Assembly: GCA_046290465.1 (NCBI GenBank)
Contig: JBKAGP010000001.1
Span: 1,408,001-1,472,000 of the forward strand
From: Planctomycetota bacterium
GTDB lineage: Bacteria; Planctomycetota; UBA1135; UBA2386
Direction: 5' to 3'
DNA: 64,000 nt
Numbering within the stretch: position 1 is the stretch's first letter; every line of letters begins with the position of its first letter. Below, piece after piece: positions 54,648 through 63,273 of the stretch. Below the pieces are notes generated by a model. That model had not been told where the DNA came from and did no database searches. It saw only the letters and a program-made list of their open reading frames with translations. A program made the position numbers and the translations under genes.

Positions 54648-54898
54648 GAGCGCGTCCATGTAGTGGACACGCTGCCAACCGGGATCGCGGAAGCGGCGTG
54701 TACGCGTGCGGACAGGGCTTTGCCCGCTAGGAGCGCGTCCATGCAGTGGACGCGCTGGCCAACCGGGATCGCGGAAGCGGCGTGCACGCGTGCGGACAGG
54801 GCTTTGCCCGCTAGGAGCGCGTCCATGCAGTGGACGCGCTGGCCAACCGGGATCGCGGAAGCGGCGTGTACGCGTGCGGACAGGGCTTTGCCCGCTAG
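54644..54898 (+). repeat. Head-to-tail array of 3 family A units (83, 84, 84 bp) with single CTAG junctions
   Basis: CTAG at 54644, 54727, 54811 and 54895. Confidence 0.95.
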
Positions 54899-55023
54899 CC
54901 GGCGCGCCTCCGGACGACGGCGCCGGCCGTGCCGTTCGCCGGGTTCGCCCCGGCGATCCGACGGTCGGAGAGGTTCGTCCCGGAACCGACCTTGCGGGCC
55001 CGGAACCAACCCGACGGACCGGG

Positions 55024-55995
55024 TCAGCGCTTCAGGTCGGCGACGAGCTTTTTGAGTTCGGCGAGTTGCTGCTTGATGGCGGCCAGCTCCTTGGCGACGC
55101 CGTCGGTTGCGGTCGGCGTGGCGTCGGCGCCGACGGCCAGGTGGCCGATGGTGGTGCCCCAGCGGGCGCGCGCCAGATCGCGCTGCGGCAGCAGCGTCGT
55201 GTTCCAGTAGCCGTTCAGCGTCTCGGGGTCGACGACGGTGCCCCAGTAGCGGCCGGCGGCGGCCTTCTTCTCGCCCACTTCGACGCCGAACTCGCGCTGC
55301 TTGCCGCGACGCAGGATGCGCAGCGACATGCGGTCGCCGACCTTCTTGGCGCCGACGGCCGCGCGCAGCGACGTGTCGGTGACCGACTCGCCGCCGTCGA
55401 CTCCGAGCAGGATGTCGTTCTTGCGCAGCCCTGCCTGCTCGGCCGGACCACCCTCGGTGACGCTCAGGATCAGCACGCACGCCTTGGCATCAAGGCCGAG
55501 GTGGTCGACCAGCGGCGCCGGCACGCTGCCGACCTGCACGCCGATGTAGGGCCGCGTCTGCGGCTCCGCCTCGGCGCCCTTGACCGGGTAGCCCCACTCC
55601 CCGTCCGCGCCGGGCTTCCGCCCGAAGTGGTAGGCGAGCGGCACGTTGCGCTGCCACTGCAACGCGTAGTCGGACACCCGGCTGCCCGCAGCCAGCGGCA
55701 TCGAGCGCAGCGCCTTGGGCGCGGCCGTCGGCGCGTGCACGGTGTAGCCGTCGATGACCGTCGGACGCAGCTTGCCGCCGGCCTTCGCGGCGGCGCCGAC
55801 CTTCGAACCGTTGACGGTGATGTTGGGCACGTCGCCGTGCCAGCGGATCACGATGCGGTCGTCGCCGCGCTCGATGACGATCGACCCCGGGTCGACGGTG
55901 GCGTCGACGCCCGCGTCCTGGGCGCAGAGCGACGCATGCGGGAAGAACGGCGCGAGCAGCAGCGCGCTCGCGAACAGGTTGGATCGCAGGTTCAT
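55024..55995 (-). CDS. Secreted PDZ-domain protein
   Basis: Signal peptide; PYIGV...SVTEGGPAEQAGLRKNDILLGVDG; coiled-coil tail. Confidence 0.85.
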   Translation of the reverse strand: MNLRSNLFASALLLAPFFPHASLCAQDAGVDATVDPGSIVIERGDDRIVIRWHGDVPNITVNGSKVGAAAKAGGKLRPTVIDGYTVHAPTAAPKALRSMPLAAGSRVSDYALQWQRNVPLAYHFGRKPGADGEWGYPVKGAEAEPQTRPYIGVQVGSVPAPLVDHLGLDAKACVLILSVTEGGPAEQAGLRKNDILLGVDGGESVTDTSLRAAVGAKKVGDRMSLRILRRGKQREFGVEVGEKKAAAGRYWGTVVDPETLNGYWNTTLLPQRDLARARWGTTIGHLAVGADATPTATDGVAKELAAIKQQLAELKKLVADLKR

Positions 55996-56070
55996 GGTTC
56001 GGTCTTCTCTCTCTCTCTCGAAGGGTGTGGTTCTGTCTCGGATATGGGTCCGCCTGGAAGCTGGGGCCGC

Positions 56071-56700
56071 CTAGAACTCGGTCGGTGGGATGTAGTCGGC
56101 GAGGTCGATCTGCAGCGGCTGCGGGCTGCCGTGTTCGTCCGGCGCCAGCGTCATCAGTTGCTTGACGCGGGCGCGCTCGACCAGGCTGCGCACGAACACG
56201 ACGTCGAAGCCGTCGCCGTCCGGTGCGCGCCGCGTCGACAGGGTCTGCAGCGGCAGCTGGTCGATGACGCGACCGGCGGTCGCCCCCTCGCGCAGGTAGG
56301 CCTGCATCAGCTGGTCCGGCGTCTGTCCGGCCGCCGGCATCGCGTCGCCCCCATCAGGCACGATCGCAGGCACGACCGCGGGCGCGCCCGCGGTCCAGCG
56401 TCCGACCACGAAGGTCAGCGCCAGCAGCGCCGCCAGCAGGCCGTAGAGCCGAACGTCCGGACCGGACTGCAGCCGTGCCTGCTCCACTGGCGTCTGCTCC
56501 GCCGGCGCCGGCGCCGGCACGTCCTGCGGCACCACCGCGGCCAGTTCGAAACGCAGCTCCGTCTCGGCCTCCAGCGTCGCGCACAGGCGCCGCCAGACGT
56601 CCGGGTCGGTCGCGGCGACGCGGTGCAGCCCGCGCCAGTCCTCGATGCCGGCGCGACCGTCGACGGCGCGGCTAATCCACAGTTCTTCGGATGCGTTCAT
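56071..56700 (-). CDS. Probable anti-sigma factor, single TM
   Basis: Overlaps the 3' end of the ECF gene; ISRAVDG...W N-terminus; one TM. Confidence 0.6.
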   Translation of the reverse strand: MNASEELWISRAVDGRAGIEDWRGLHRVAATDPDVWRRLCATLEAETELRFELAAVVPQDVPAPAPAEQTPVEQARLQSGPDVRLYGLLAALLALTFVVGRWTAGAPAVVPAIVPDGGDAMPAAGQTPDQLMQAYLREGATAGRVIDQLPLQTLSTRRAPDGDGFDVVFVRSLVERARVKQLMTLAPDEHGSPQPLQIDLADYIPPTEF

Positions 56701-57292
56701 GTCGTTCCTGGGTCCGGATGTCTCGATGTCGTTCGGCGTCGGCGCGTTCGCGCAGGTGCCGTCGCGCCCGCGCCAGCCGCGTCTCGACGGTCGTCTCGGG
56801 CACGCCGAGCACCTCGGCGACCTCGCGCTGCGTCAGGCCCTCGACGGCGCGCAGCAGCAGCGGCTCGCGGAACTGCGGCTCCAGGTCGGCGACCCGCCGC
56901 ATCGCGTGCTCGAGTTCGTCGCGCCAGCGCTGCTGCTCGGCGCCGTCGAACACCGGCTCGTGCGCCGGCGCCGGCTGGTCCGACACCGCCCGCAACCGCG
57001 CCGCGGTGCCGCTGCGGCGGCCGTGGTCGATCGCGACGCGGCGCGCCACGGTGCGCAGCCAGCCGCGCAGGCTGCCGGCGTCGGCGAGACCGTCGAGCGA
57101 ACGGGTCACCCGCAGCGCCACCTCCTGCAGCAGGTCGTCGAGCTCGCGCACGTCGCCGTGCGCCAGCAGCACGGTGGCGACCAGGCGCCGGTGCCGCTGC
57201 CACAGCGCCCCGGCCGCGTCGCGGTCACCGCCGCGCGCCCGCGCGACCAGCTGCTCGACCTCCTGGCTCTGGTGCTCGTCGCGGCGGGGCAT
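56672..57292 (-). CDS. ECF sigma factor
   Basis: LDDLLQEV, LRGWLRTVARR, EGLTQREVAEVLGVPETTVETRLARAR. Confidence 0.92.
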   Translation of the reverse strand: MPRRDEHQSQEVEQLVARARGGDRDAAGALWQRHRRLVATVLLAHGDVRELDDLLQEVALRVTRSLDGLADAGSLRGWLRTVARRVAIDHGRRSGTAARLRAVSDQPAPAHEPVFDGAEQQRWRDELEHAMRRVADLEPQFREPLLLRAVEGLTQREVAEVLGVPETTVETRLARARRHLRERADAERHRDIRTQERHERIRRTVD

Positions 57293-57534
57293 CGCGCCAC
57301 TGGACGCACGAGCGCCGCGGATCCGTCACGATGGCCAGCATTTCCGTTGGGGTCGTCGGCAGCAGCGCGCGACAGCCGCTGCCCCCGCTCGCGCCAACGG
57401 GCCCGGGTCCTCCCGCCGGGAGATCCCGCAACCACAACGATGGCAACGACATGCGCACCCTGCTCGGCACGACACCGCTGGTCCCCGGCGCCGATCGGCG
57501 CGCCCGGCATGCATCGGCCGCCGCGAGAACCGAC

Positions 57535-59250
57535 CTACTTCTGCTCGCCGCGCGACTCCCAGTGATCCGGGATCGTCGCCAGGTCGCGCGTGTGCAGCCG
57601 TTCGGTCGCGCGCAGGATGCGCACGACGAAGCGCGGTCCGACCTGGCCGTCGAGCGGCCGCTGGCCGGAGTAGTAGCAGAACTGCGTCGAGAACGGCAGC
57701 GCATCGACGCCGAACGGCAGCTCCTCGATCAGCTCGAGGCGCGGGTCCGGTTCGAACCACTCGGTCTCGATGCCGTCGATGCTGCCGAGAGCGACCAGGT
57801 CGCCGGCCTCGAGCTGCACGCGATCCTCGAGCAGCGGCGCCAGCCCCGCGCGCGGCGCGTAGAACTCGAAGCCCCAGCCGCCGGTGAAGTAGACCCGGGC
57901 GCCGGGGTGGCGTTCTCGCGCGTAGGCGGCCGTGCTTTCGGCGGCATCGATCCAGGCGTGGCCCTCGACGTAGTCGACCGCCTGCACGAAGGCGCCGAGC
58001 AGGGCCGCACCGAACGCGATCGTGCGCACCGCCGCAGCCGTGCCGGCGCGGCGCACCGCCAGCCAACCGCCGGCCACCGTGAACGCGACCACCACCATCA
58101 GCACGCGGCGCGCCGCCGGGAACGGCGACACGACGAACGACGAGACGATCTCGCACAGACACCACAGGACCAGGAACAGCCGCATCGCGCGGCCAGCGGA
58201 GAGGCGCCAGCCGGGTTGTCGCCAGCCGGGCAGTCCGCGCAGCCCCGACCGCAGGTAGAGCCCTAGCGTGGCGCCGACGACCAGCCACGTGACCGCCGAC
58301 ATCGTCACGTACGCGATCGAGTCGGGCGCGCCATCGGCCAGCGTGCGCGTGCCGTCGTCGGGCAGCAGGCCGACGATCGCCAGCCCGACGACGTAGACCA
58401 TCGCCACCGCGATGACCACGCCGCGCCGCGCGCCCAAGCCGACGAGCGCCAGCAGCGCGCCCGGCATCGCCAGCACGCCGACCTGCTGGAACATGCCCTT
58501 GAACAGGTGGTCCCACTCGCGCGTCTGCGTGTCGGACAACTGCTGCAGGAAGTACGAGCCGCCGCCGTGCGACAGGCTCAGCAGACCTTCGACCGCCAGC
58601 ACCATGGCGACCGTCGCCGCGAAGCCGGCCGCCCACTCGCGCCAGCGCCAGCGCAACAGCGCCAGCAGGAACCACGGCGGGAACAGCGCCATCGCCGAGT
58701 ACTTGGTCTGGAACGCGAGCCCCCAGAACACCCCCGCCACGATCGCCGGCGCGATCGCGCGGCGGTCGAAGGCGCGCTGCAGCCAGACCAGGCTGGTCAA
58801 CCCGAGCGCCAGCATCGGGATCTCGAGCATCAGGTTGAGCCCCGGCAGCACCGCCGGCCCGAGCGCGATCGCCGTCGTGATCGCCACGGCACCGCGACGC
58901 AGCCAGCGATGCAGCAGCGACAGCAGGCTGTAGCAGAACAGCCACTGCACCGGCAGGAACCACAGGTGCCAGCCCACCACCGAGTCGCCGAACAGCCAGA
59001 TGCCGGGTGCCCAGTAGTACGAGTGCACCGGCGCCACCATGATCGTCCAGCCCGGCACCGGTTTCTGGTGCCAGACCGGCTCGAACTCGTACGGTGCCGT
59101 CGGCGCCGCGGCGACCTGCGCGGCGTAGTAGTGGTGGCAGACGTCGTCGACGGCGACCGGCTCCAGCAGGTTGGCCGCGTTCATCACGACGGCGAGCAAC
59201 AGCGCGATGGCAGCGAGCGATCGCTTGGGTGTGCTTGGAGCGGTCAGCAT
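57535..59250 (-). CDS. Multi-pass membrane protein, probable GT-C fold glycosyltransferase
   Basis: VDD after TM1, MLEIP, QTKYSA. Start is either 59250 or 59295. Confidence 0.7.
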   Translation of the reverse strand: MLTAPSTPKRSLAAIALLLAVVMNAANLLEPVAVDDVCHHYYAAQVAAAPTAPYEFEPVWHQKPVPGWTIMVAPVHSYYWAPGIWLFGDSVVGWHLWFLPVQWLFCYSLLSLLHRWLRRGAVAITTAIALGPAVLPGLNLMLEIPMLALGLTSLVWLQRAFDRRAIAPAIVAGVFWGLAFQTKYSAMALFPPWFLLALLRWRWREWAAGFAATVAMVLAVEGLLSLSHGGGSYFLQQLSDTQTREWDHLFKGMFQQVGVLAMPGALLALVGLGARRGVVIAVAMVYVVGLAIVGLLPDDGTRTLADGAPDSIAYVTMSAVTWLVVGATLGLYLRSGLRGLPGWRQPGWRLSAGRAMRLFLVLWCLCEIVSSFVVSPFPAARRVLMVVVAFTVAGGWLAVRRAGTAAAVRTIAFGAALLGAFVQAVDYVEGHAWIDAAESTAAYARERHPGARVYFTGGWGFEFYAPRAGLAPLLEDRVQLEAGDLVALGSIDGIETEWFEPDPRLELIEELPFGVDALPFSTQFCYYSGQRPLDGQVGPRFVVRILRATERLHTRDLATIPDHWESRGEQK

Positions 59251-59324
59251 CTTCGGGGCGGGCGAGAACGGTCCATCGGTCGACCCTCGAACCATACTGA
59301 AACCGCCACTACGCTTCCGCCCAA

Positions 59325-61031
59325 GTGCCCGACCTGACCGAATCCCTGCAGCAGCTGTACGGCTTCTCCGCCTTTCGCGGGCCGCAGCGCGAGATCATCG
59401 AACACCACCTCGACGGCGGCTCGGCGCTGGTGCTGATGGCGACCGGCGACGGCAAGTCGCTGTGCTACCAGCTGCCGGCCTTCGTCGGCGAAGGCCTGAC
59501 GATCGTGGTCTCACCGCTGATCGCGTTGATGGACGACCAGGTCGCGGCGCTCGAACGACGCGGCCTGCCGGCGACCTGCATCCACAGCATGCTCGACCGG
59601 CAGACCCGGCAGGCGCGGTTCGACGCGGTGCTGCGCGGCGACGTCAAGCTGCTCTACTGCACGCCCGAGCGCTTCCGCGTCGGCGCCGGCGAAGACAACT
59701 TCCTCGAGCGCATCCGCGCCGCCGACGTGCGGCGCCTGGCGATCGACGAGGCCCACTGCCTGAGCCAATGGGGCCACGACTTCCGGCCCGACTACCAGCG
59801 CCTCGGCGAGGTGCGCGCGGCGCTCGGTGACGTCCCGTGCCTGGCGCTGACGGCGACCGCGACGCCGCAGGTGCAGCAGGACATCCGCGCGACGCTGCGG
59901 CTCGACGACGCGCGCCTGTTCCACACCGGGATCGCGCGCGACAACCTTGGGCTGTCGGTGCACCACGCGCTGACCGACCAGGACAAGCTCGACCGCCTCG
60001 AGCAGCTGCTGCGACGCACCGGCGGCCCGGCGATCGTCTACTGCGCGCTGATCAAGGACCTGCGCATGCTCGAGGCCGAGCTGCAGCGGCGCGACTTCTG
60101 GCCGATGGTCTACCACGGCGACCTGTCCGCGCACGAACGGCGCACGCAACAGGCGAAGTTCCAGCAGCGCGACGACGCGCTGATGCTGGCGACCAACGCG
60201 TTCGGCATGGGCGTCGACAAGGCCGACATCCGCGCGATCGTGCACTGGCAGATCCCGCGCACGCTCGAGGCCTACTACCAGGAGGTCGGCCGCGCCGGCC
60301 GCGACGGCGACGGCGCGTTCTGCGAACTGCTCTACCGCGAGGAGGACCTGGTGATCCAGCGCAACTTCGCCGAGTGGGCCAACCCGAGCGCCGACTTCGC
60401 CTGCGACGTGATCGACCACATGGTGGGCCTGGGGGACCGCCTGCACGCGTGCGACGTCGACACGCTGCGCGAGACGTTCTTGACCAAGAACCGCCACGAC
60501 GGCCGCGTCGACACGGTGCTGCGGCTGCTGCGCGCGGCCGGCTGCACGACCGGCGAGGCCGGCCTCGACCTGCGGCTGGTGCGCGTCCCGGACGTGCGCG
60601 AGGTCGAGTCGTGGCTACCCGACGACAAGCGGCAGAACGACCTGATGGGCCTGCTCAAGATGGTGCGCTACGGCAGCGAACCCACCTGCCGCAAGCAGAC
60701 GATCCACGCCCACTTCGGCTTCGAGCACGACTTCGTCGACGGCTGCGGCTCGTGCGACGTCTGCGTCGACGTCGCCAGCTGGCAGGACCAGCACATGCCG
60801 ACTCCCCGGCCGCTGACGCGCGGCCGCGCCGAACAGCCGGTCGACGACGACGACCCCACCCACGGCCTGCAGCGCGGCGACTGGCTCGACGTGCAGGGCG
60901 TCGGTCTGTGCTGCGTGGTCCGCGTGCACCGCCACGGCAAGAACGTGCGCGTCGACGTCGAACGGGCCACCGACCTGAAGCCGCGCACCGTCGACCTGCG
61001 CCGCAAGAAGTGGCGGCGCGTGCAGAACTGA
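59325..61031 (+). CDS. recQ: RecQ-family ATP-dependent DNA helicase
   Basis: TGDGKSLCYQLP, DEAHC, WGHDFRP, ALTATA, QEVGRAGRDG, Zn site CR...CGSCDVC. Confidence 0.92.
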   Translation: MPDLTESLQQLYGFSAFRGPQREIIEHHLDGGSALVLMATGDGKSLCYQLPAFVGEGLTIVVSPLIALMDDQVAALERRGLPATCIHSMLDRQTRQARFDAVLRGDVKLLYCTPERFRVGAGEDNFLERIRAADVRRLAIDEAHCLSQWGHDFRPDYQRLGEVRAALGDVPCLALTATATPQVQQDIRATLRLDDARLFHTGIARDNLGLSVHHALTDQDKLDRLEQLLRRTGGPAIVYCALIKDLRMLEAELQRRDFWPMVYHGDLSAHERRTQQAKFQQRDDALMLATNAFGMGVDKADIRAIVHWQIPRTLEAYYQEVGRAGRDGDGAFCELLYREEDLVIQRNFAEWANPSADFACDVIDHMVGLGDRLHACDVDTLRETFLTKNRHDGRVDTVLRLLRAAGCTTGEAGLDLRLVRVPDVREVESWLPDDKRQNDLMGLLKMVRYGSEPTCRKQTIHAHFGFEHDFVDGCGSCDVCVDVASWQDQHMPTPRPLTRGRAEQPVDDDDPTHGLQRGDWLDVQGVGLCCVVRVHRHGKNVRVDVERATDLKPRTVDLRRKKWRRVQN

Positions 61032-61050
61032 GCGGTACACTTCGCGGCCG

Positions 61051-61589
61051 ATGACCTCGTACACCCGCACCACGCGCGCCTGGCTCGAGCAGCGCTTCCT
61101 GATGCGCTCGGAGGCGGGCCACTACTTCGCGCACACGCCGATCTACGGCGTCGGCCACCCGGACGCCGAGCCCGGCCACGCCGCGCGGCTGTGTCGCATC
61201 TCGCGGATCCTGCGCGTGCTCGACGGCCTCGCGTTCGACACCATGCTCGACGTCGGCGGCGCCGAGGGCTACCTCGGCCATCTGGCGCAGACGATCTTCG
61301 GCGTCGAGGCCGCGACCTCCGACCTGTCGCTCGAGGCCAACCGGCGGGCGCGCGAGATCTTCGCGCTGCCGTCCGCGGCGGTCGACTGCTCGCGGAGGGC
61401 GCCGAGCAGCAGACGTTCACCGAGGAGTGCTCGGTCAAGTTCCCGCTCAGCAACGACGGCCAGCTGCGCACCGTGCGGGTCGTGCTGTCGAGCAACGAAC
61501 ACCTGCCCGACGAGGTGCAGTGGCTGCGCCTCGACCTCGCCGACGCGGCGTGCCAGGAGATCGACCTGCTGTCGCTGCGGCTGCTGTGA
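61051..61589 (+). pseudogene. SAM-methyltransferase gene broken by an apparent internal deletion or frameshift near 61390
   Basis: LDVGGAEG motif in one frame; a coding-like tail (...WLRLDLADAACQEIDLLSLRLL*) in another frame. Confidence 0.65.
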
Positions 61590-61592
61590 ACG

Positions 61593-61675
61593 CTAGGAGC
61601 GCGTCCATGTAGTGGACGCGCTGCCGACCGTGATCGCGGAAGCGGCGTGTACGCGTGCGGACGGGGCTTTGCCCG
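61593..61675 (+). repeat. Repeat family A, single copy
   Basis: Same sequence as 13777-13859, but followed by CTCG instead of CTAG. Confidence 0.95.
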
Positions 61676-61694
61676 CTCGCCCCCGGCGACCGCG

Positions 61695-62057
61695 CTACTC
61701 GCGCGGCTCGATGCCGGGACAGGTGCGTTCGACCAGACGCAAGAGCGCCGGGTCGTCGAGCAGCTCGGGCCAGAACGGCCACTCGCCGCACTTCGCCGGG
61801 CGCACCGGATAGATGCTGCAGCTCGCCTGCGCGCCGTCGCGCAAGAACACGCAGCGGTTGCCGAGGCCTTCCTTCAGGCGCGCGCCATCCGGCTGCAGGT
61901 AGCGGCTGGCGAACGCCTGCTCGTCGAGATCGAGGTGCTCGGCGATCGCCGCGCGCTCGGCGGCGCTGACGCGCACGAAGCCGCCGGGGATCGAGCAGCA
62001 GTTGCCCGACCGCCGGCAGCGGAAGCGGAACGGGAAGCCGTCGCGCTCGGTGCTCAT
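61695..62057 (-). CDS. YkgJ family cysteine-cluster (CxxCxxCC) protein
   Basis: FRCRRSGNCC, RCVFL, CSIYPVRPAKCGEWPFW, CPG. Confidence 0.9.
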   Translation of the reverse strand: MSTERDGFPFRFRCRRSGNCCSIPGGFVRVSAAERAAIAEHLDLDEQAFASRYLQPDGARLKEGLGNRCVFLRDGAQASCSIYPVRPAKCGEWPFWPELLDDPALLRLVERTCPGIEPRE

Positions 62058-63151
62058 CGCCGACGTCGCCGGGTCGGTCGCGCGTCGCGGCGGCCCTGGC
62101 CGAGCCGCGGACGCGCGTTCTGCCGCTGTTCGAGTTCGCGCTGGTGGCGGCGCTGCTGCAGGAAGGCGTCGACCTCGTCGATCAGCTGCTGCGGGCTCTG
62201 GAAGCGCATCTCGACCTCCTTGGCCATCATCTTCTCGAGGAAGTAGCGCAGCTGCGGCGACAGATCGAGCGCGCGGATGCGGTCGCCGCTCAGCGATTCG
62301 AGCACCTGCTTTCTGAGCACCTCCTCGGAGGTCTTGCCCTCGAACGGCAGCGAGCCGGTGGTCAGGTGGTAGAGCGTCGCGCCGAGCGCGTAGATGTCGG
62401 CGCGCACGTCGAGCTTGCCCTCGCCGCGCGCCTGTTCCGGCGCGATGTAGTGCACCGTGCCCGCGGTCGTTTCGCCGCCCGCATCGTCGTCGCCCTGCAG
62501 CGCGAAGCCGAGGTCGATCAGCACACCGCCGCGATCCTCCGACCAGATCACGTTGCCGGGCTTGACGTCGCGGTGCACGAGCCCCTGTTCGTGCAGCGCC
62601 TGCAGCGCGCCGGCGATGTCGACGACGACCTGCAGCGCGGTCTCCTCGTCGAGGCGGCCGCCGGCGCCTTCGACCGACAGGCCGAAGTCGTCGTCGGCGA
62701 GCACGTCCTGCAGGCAGCGGCCCGGCAGCTTCTCCATCGCGAAGAAGATCGTGTTGCCCTCCTTGGCGATGCGCAGGCCCTTGACCAGGTGGTCGTGCTC
62801 GAGGCTCATCAACAGCCGCGCCTCGCGGATGAAGCGCTCGGTCTGCACCTCGTCGCTCGCCAGCTCCGGCTTCAGCACCTTCAGCGCGACCTCGCTGCCG
62901 TCGGTCTTGTCCTTGGCGGCGAACACCCTGCCGACGCCACCTTCGCCGATCATCTCGCCGAGTTCGTAGCGGGTCAGGCGCGGCCGCGTGCCGCCTTCGG
63001 TGGCGAGCCAGTCCTGCCACTGCTGCGCATCGCAGATGCCCTTCTGCACGAGGAACGCTCCGGGGTCACCGGACGCGAGCGCCGCGTGTGCGACGTCGGG
63101 CGCGACGACGCCGCGGTGCACGAGCATGGCTAGCAGCTTGGTCGACGACAT
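62054..63151 (-). CDS. Cytoplasmic Ser/Thr protein kinase
   Basis: GEGGVG, VALK, HRDVKPGN, DLG, GTVHYIAPE; no TM. Confidence 0.92.
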   Translation of the reverse strand: MSSTKLLAMLVHRGVVAPDVAHAALASGDPGAFLVQKGICDAQQWQDWLATEGGTRPRLTRYELGEMIGEGGVGRVFAAKDKTDGSEVALKVLKPELASDEVQTERFIREARLLMSLEHDHLVKGLRIAKEGNTIFFAMEKLPGRCLQDVLADDDFGLSVEGAGGRLDEETALQVVVDIAGALQALHEQGLVHRDVKPGNVIWSEDRGGVLIDLGFALQGDDDAGGETTAGTVHYIAPEQARGEGKLDVRADIYALGATLYHLTTGSLPFEGKTSEEVLRKQVLESLSGDRIRALDLSPQLRYFLEKMMAKEVEMRFQSPQQLIDEVDAFLQQRRHQRELEQRQNARPRLGQGRRDARPTRRRRR

Positions 63152-63273
63152 GGCGTGCGTTGTAAGCCTTGCGAGGTCGGGGAACTGGGGCGATCCCAGA
63201 GTACCGCGTCAAGTCGGTGAACCGTCCCACCCGATCAAAGGCAGGTCAAGGACCAGGGCACAGGGACATCAAC

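Noticed and set aside
54644..54898. CRISPR array or interspaced guide-RNA array
   Set aside because: Units are near-identical over their whole length with no unique spacers, and no cas-like or effector gene is nearby.
54663..55055. Repeat-encoded peptides (MDTLPTGIAEAACTRAD..., also at 13796 and 61612)
   Set aside because: These are translations of repeat A; the 83 versus 84 bp units shift frame, so there is no coding constraint.
57420..57534. Short + strand gene starting MRTLLG at 57451
   Set aside because: It runs antisense into the GT-C gene with no recognisable motif; at most a remnant.
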